Part shown: positions 62,891 to 64,000 of the stretch, piece by piece
Numbering within the stretch: the stretch's first letter is position 1
How the letters are laid out: each line of letters starts with the position of its first letter
DNA from: an uncultured Spirochaetota bacterium
GTDB taxonomy: Bacteria > Spirochaetota > Brevinematia > Brevinematales > JAOACQ01
DNA: 64,000 bases
Reading direction: 5' to 3'
Assembly: GCA_963768055.1 (NCBI GenBank)
Contig: CAVYGN010000001.1
Coordinates: 960,001-1,024,000 of the forward strand
The notes under the pieces: generated by a model
Seen by the model: only the letters and a program-made list of their open reading frames with translations
The model's database searches: none
What the model was told of the DNA's origin: nothing
Made by a program: the position numbers and the translations under genes

Positions 62891-64000
62891 TTACTTCTTT
62901 TTAGTATTTTCCAGGGCTAGGAGGAGTTTCTGGTCTTCGATGATCTTTTCGATGGATCTGGTTTTATCCATCTGGAGATCGACCTGGATTGGATATTTCA
63001 GGGTTTCCATCTTTCCGTTTATATAGATCATAACGACAGGCCTCAGGGTCTGCGAGTAATCGACTTTAATGACCTGGGCGACTTCCTTGGTGTTGAGCAT
63101 AACAAAAGAATCGATGGGGACCAGCGGTTTGCCGTAGAGCCGCTTCGGCATCCGGTTAATAAATTCTACGGCGAACCTGGGATTGAATTTAGTGCCGGAT
63201 AGATTCTGAATTGAAAGAAAAGAACTGGAAACGGGGAACGCCTTTCTGTACGGAGTGTCCGAAGTAAGGGCATCGTAAGTATCTGCGATTGTTATCACCT
63301 GGACGAACTCTCCTATTTTGTCCCTGGCGATATGGAATGGATAACCCATGCCGTCATAGTTCTCATGGTGGTAAAGCAGGCAAGCCTCGACTTCCTTGTC
63401 GAAATTTTTCTGGTTTTGGATGATCTCGTAGCCGAGCTGGGGATGTTTTTGAATCATATCCCATTCTTTTTCTTCAAGGGCTCCTGTTTTATTCAATATC
63501 TCCTTGGGAATAAGTATCTTTCCAAGATCATGCAGAATGGCGCCCATGCCGAGAATTTTCAGTTTGTCATGGCTGTACAGCATCTCTTTTCCGAATAGAA
63601 TGGAAAGCATCGCCACATTTATGCTGTGAGTGTATGTATAATTGTCGAAATCCTTTAATTTCAGCATGTTCAGGATCGTATATGTTTCGCTGATCGAGAT
63701 TTCGCCGATAAGCTGTTCTATGATGTTCTCAATTTCTTTTTTAGGCAGGGGCGTTTTCTTGAGGATGCTGTTTTCTATTTCCTTGGCCAGGAAAAGGGAC
63801 TTTTCAATAAGCTGGTTTGAAACGATGTATTTATCAAGACGATAAAAAGTCGAGGAATATACGGGTTTATTATAGTTGAATTTGTGGATATCCTGGTCTT
63901 CGAGGCTTTTAATGATATCGGCAGTGATCACTTCGCCGCTCCCTACGATTTTCCTGCCGTCGGGAGTGAAGGCGTCCCCCTTTAATGTTACGCCGGGATA
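62891..64000 (-). CDS. HD-GYP domain protein (5' end outside the window)
   Basis: YTYTHSINVA, HDLGK, HHENYDGMGYP. The frame stays open to the window edge (YPGVTLKGDAFTPDGRKIV...). Confidence 0.9.
   Translation of the reverse strand, partial: YPGVTLKGDAFTPDGRKIVGSGEVITADIIKSLEDQDIHKFNYNKPVYSSTFYRLDKYIVSNQLIEKSLFLAKEIENSILKKTPLPKKEIENIIEQLIGEISISETYTILNMLKLKDFDNYTYTHSINVAMLSILFGKEMLYSHDKLKILGMGAILHDLGKILIPKEILNKTGALEEKEWDMIQKHPQLGYEIIQNQKNFDKEVEACLLYHHENYDGMGYPFHIARDKIGEFVQVITIADTYDALTSDTPYRKAFPVSSSFLSIQNLSGTKFNPRFAVEFINRMPKRLYGKPLVPIDSFVMLNTKEVAQVIKVDYSQTLRPVVMIYINGKMETLKYPIQVDLQMDKTRSIEKIIEDQKLLLALENTKKK

Overview
This is a bacterial chromosome segment, most likely from a spirochaete; that is inferred from the cheA-cheW-cheX-cheY gene order and the many TPR lipoproteins. 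From left to right it carries: an AT-rich TPR gene running off the left edge, an hsdR C-terminal remnant, a membrane GGDEF-hemerythrin diguanylate cyclase, an SH3 protein, and a pbpC / alpha-2-macroglobulin pair. Next is a ~6 kb accessory region downstream of a tRNA-Val(CAC)/tRNA-Val(GAC) pair. Three direct-repeat copies of the tRNA 3' half divide it into cassette-like blocks (GH11 xylanase + DUF4386; a DUF4160/DUF2442 toxin-antitoxin pair; a PEGA-like protein with ankyrin and IS1380 remnants), and no integrase is visible. The middle holds PilZ, a PAS kinase and response regulator, a chemotaxis cluster, a ROK kinase with a degenerate alpha-amylase-like neighbour, HD-GYP proteins, a sigma54 activator and a sugar ABC transporter. 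Then comes a 1,820-aa Ser/Thr-kinase/STAND-ATPase/TPR/GAF/sigma54-activator, followed by an unusual operon: a HypC-like domain fused to a HydE-like radical SAM enzyme, an ABC-2 exporter, and a DapF-like epimerase with both catalytic Cys replaced by Ser. The right end has an Mla-type operon with a SigH-like sigma factor, yjbQ, hisC, a VOC-HAD fusion, gltX and a partial HD-GYP gene. A small MITE family (GGGC...GCCC termini) occurs three times. All calls come from motif recognition by eye; no database searches were run.
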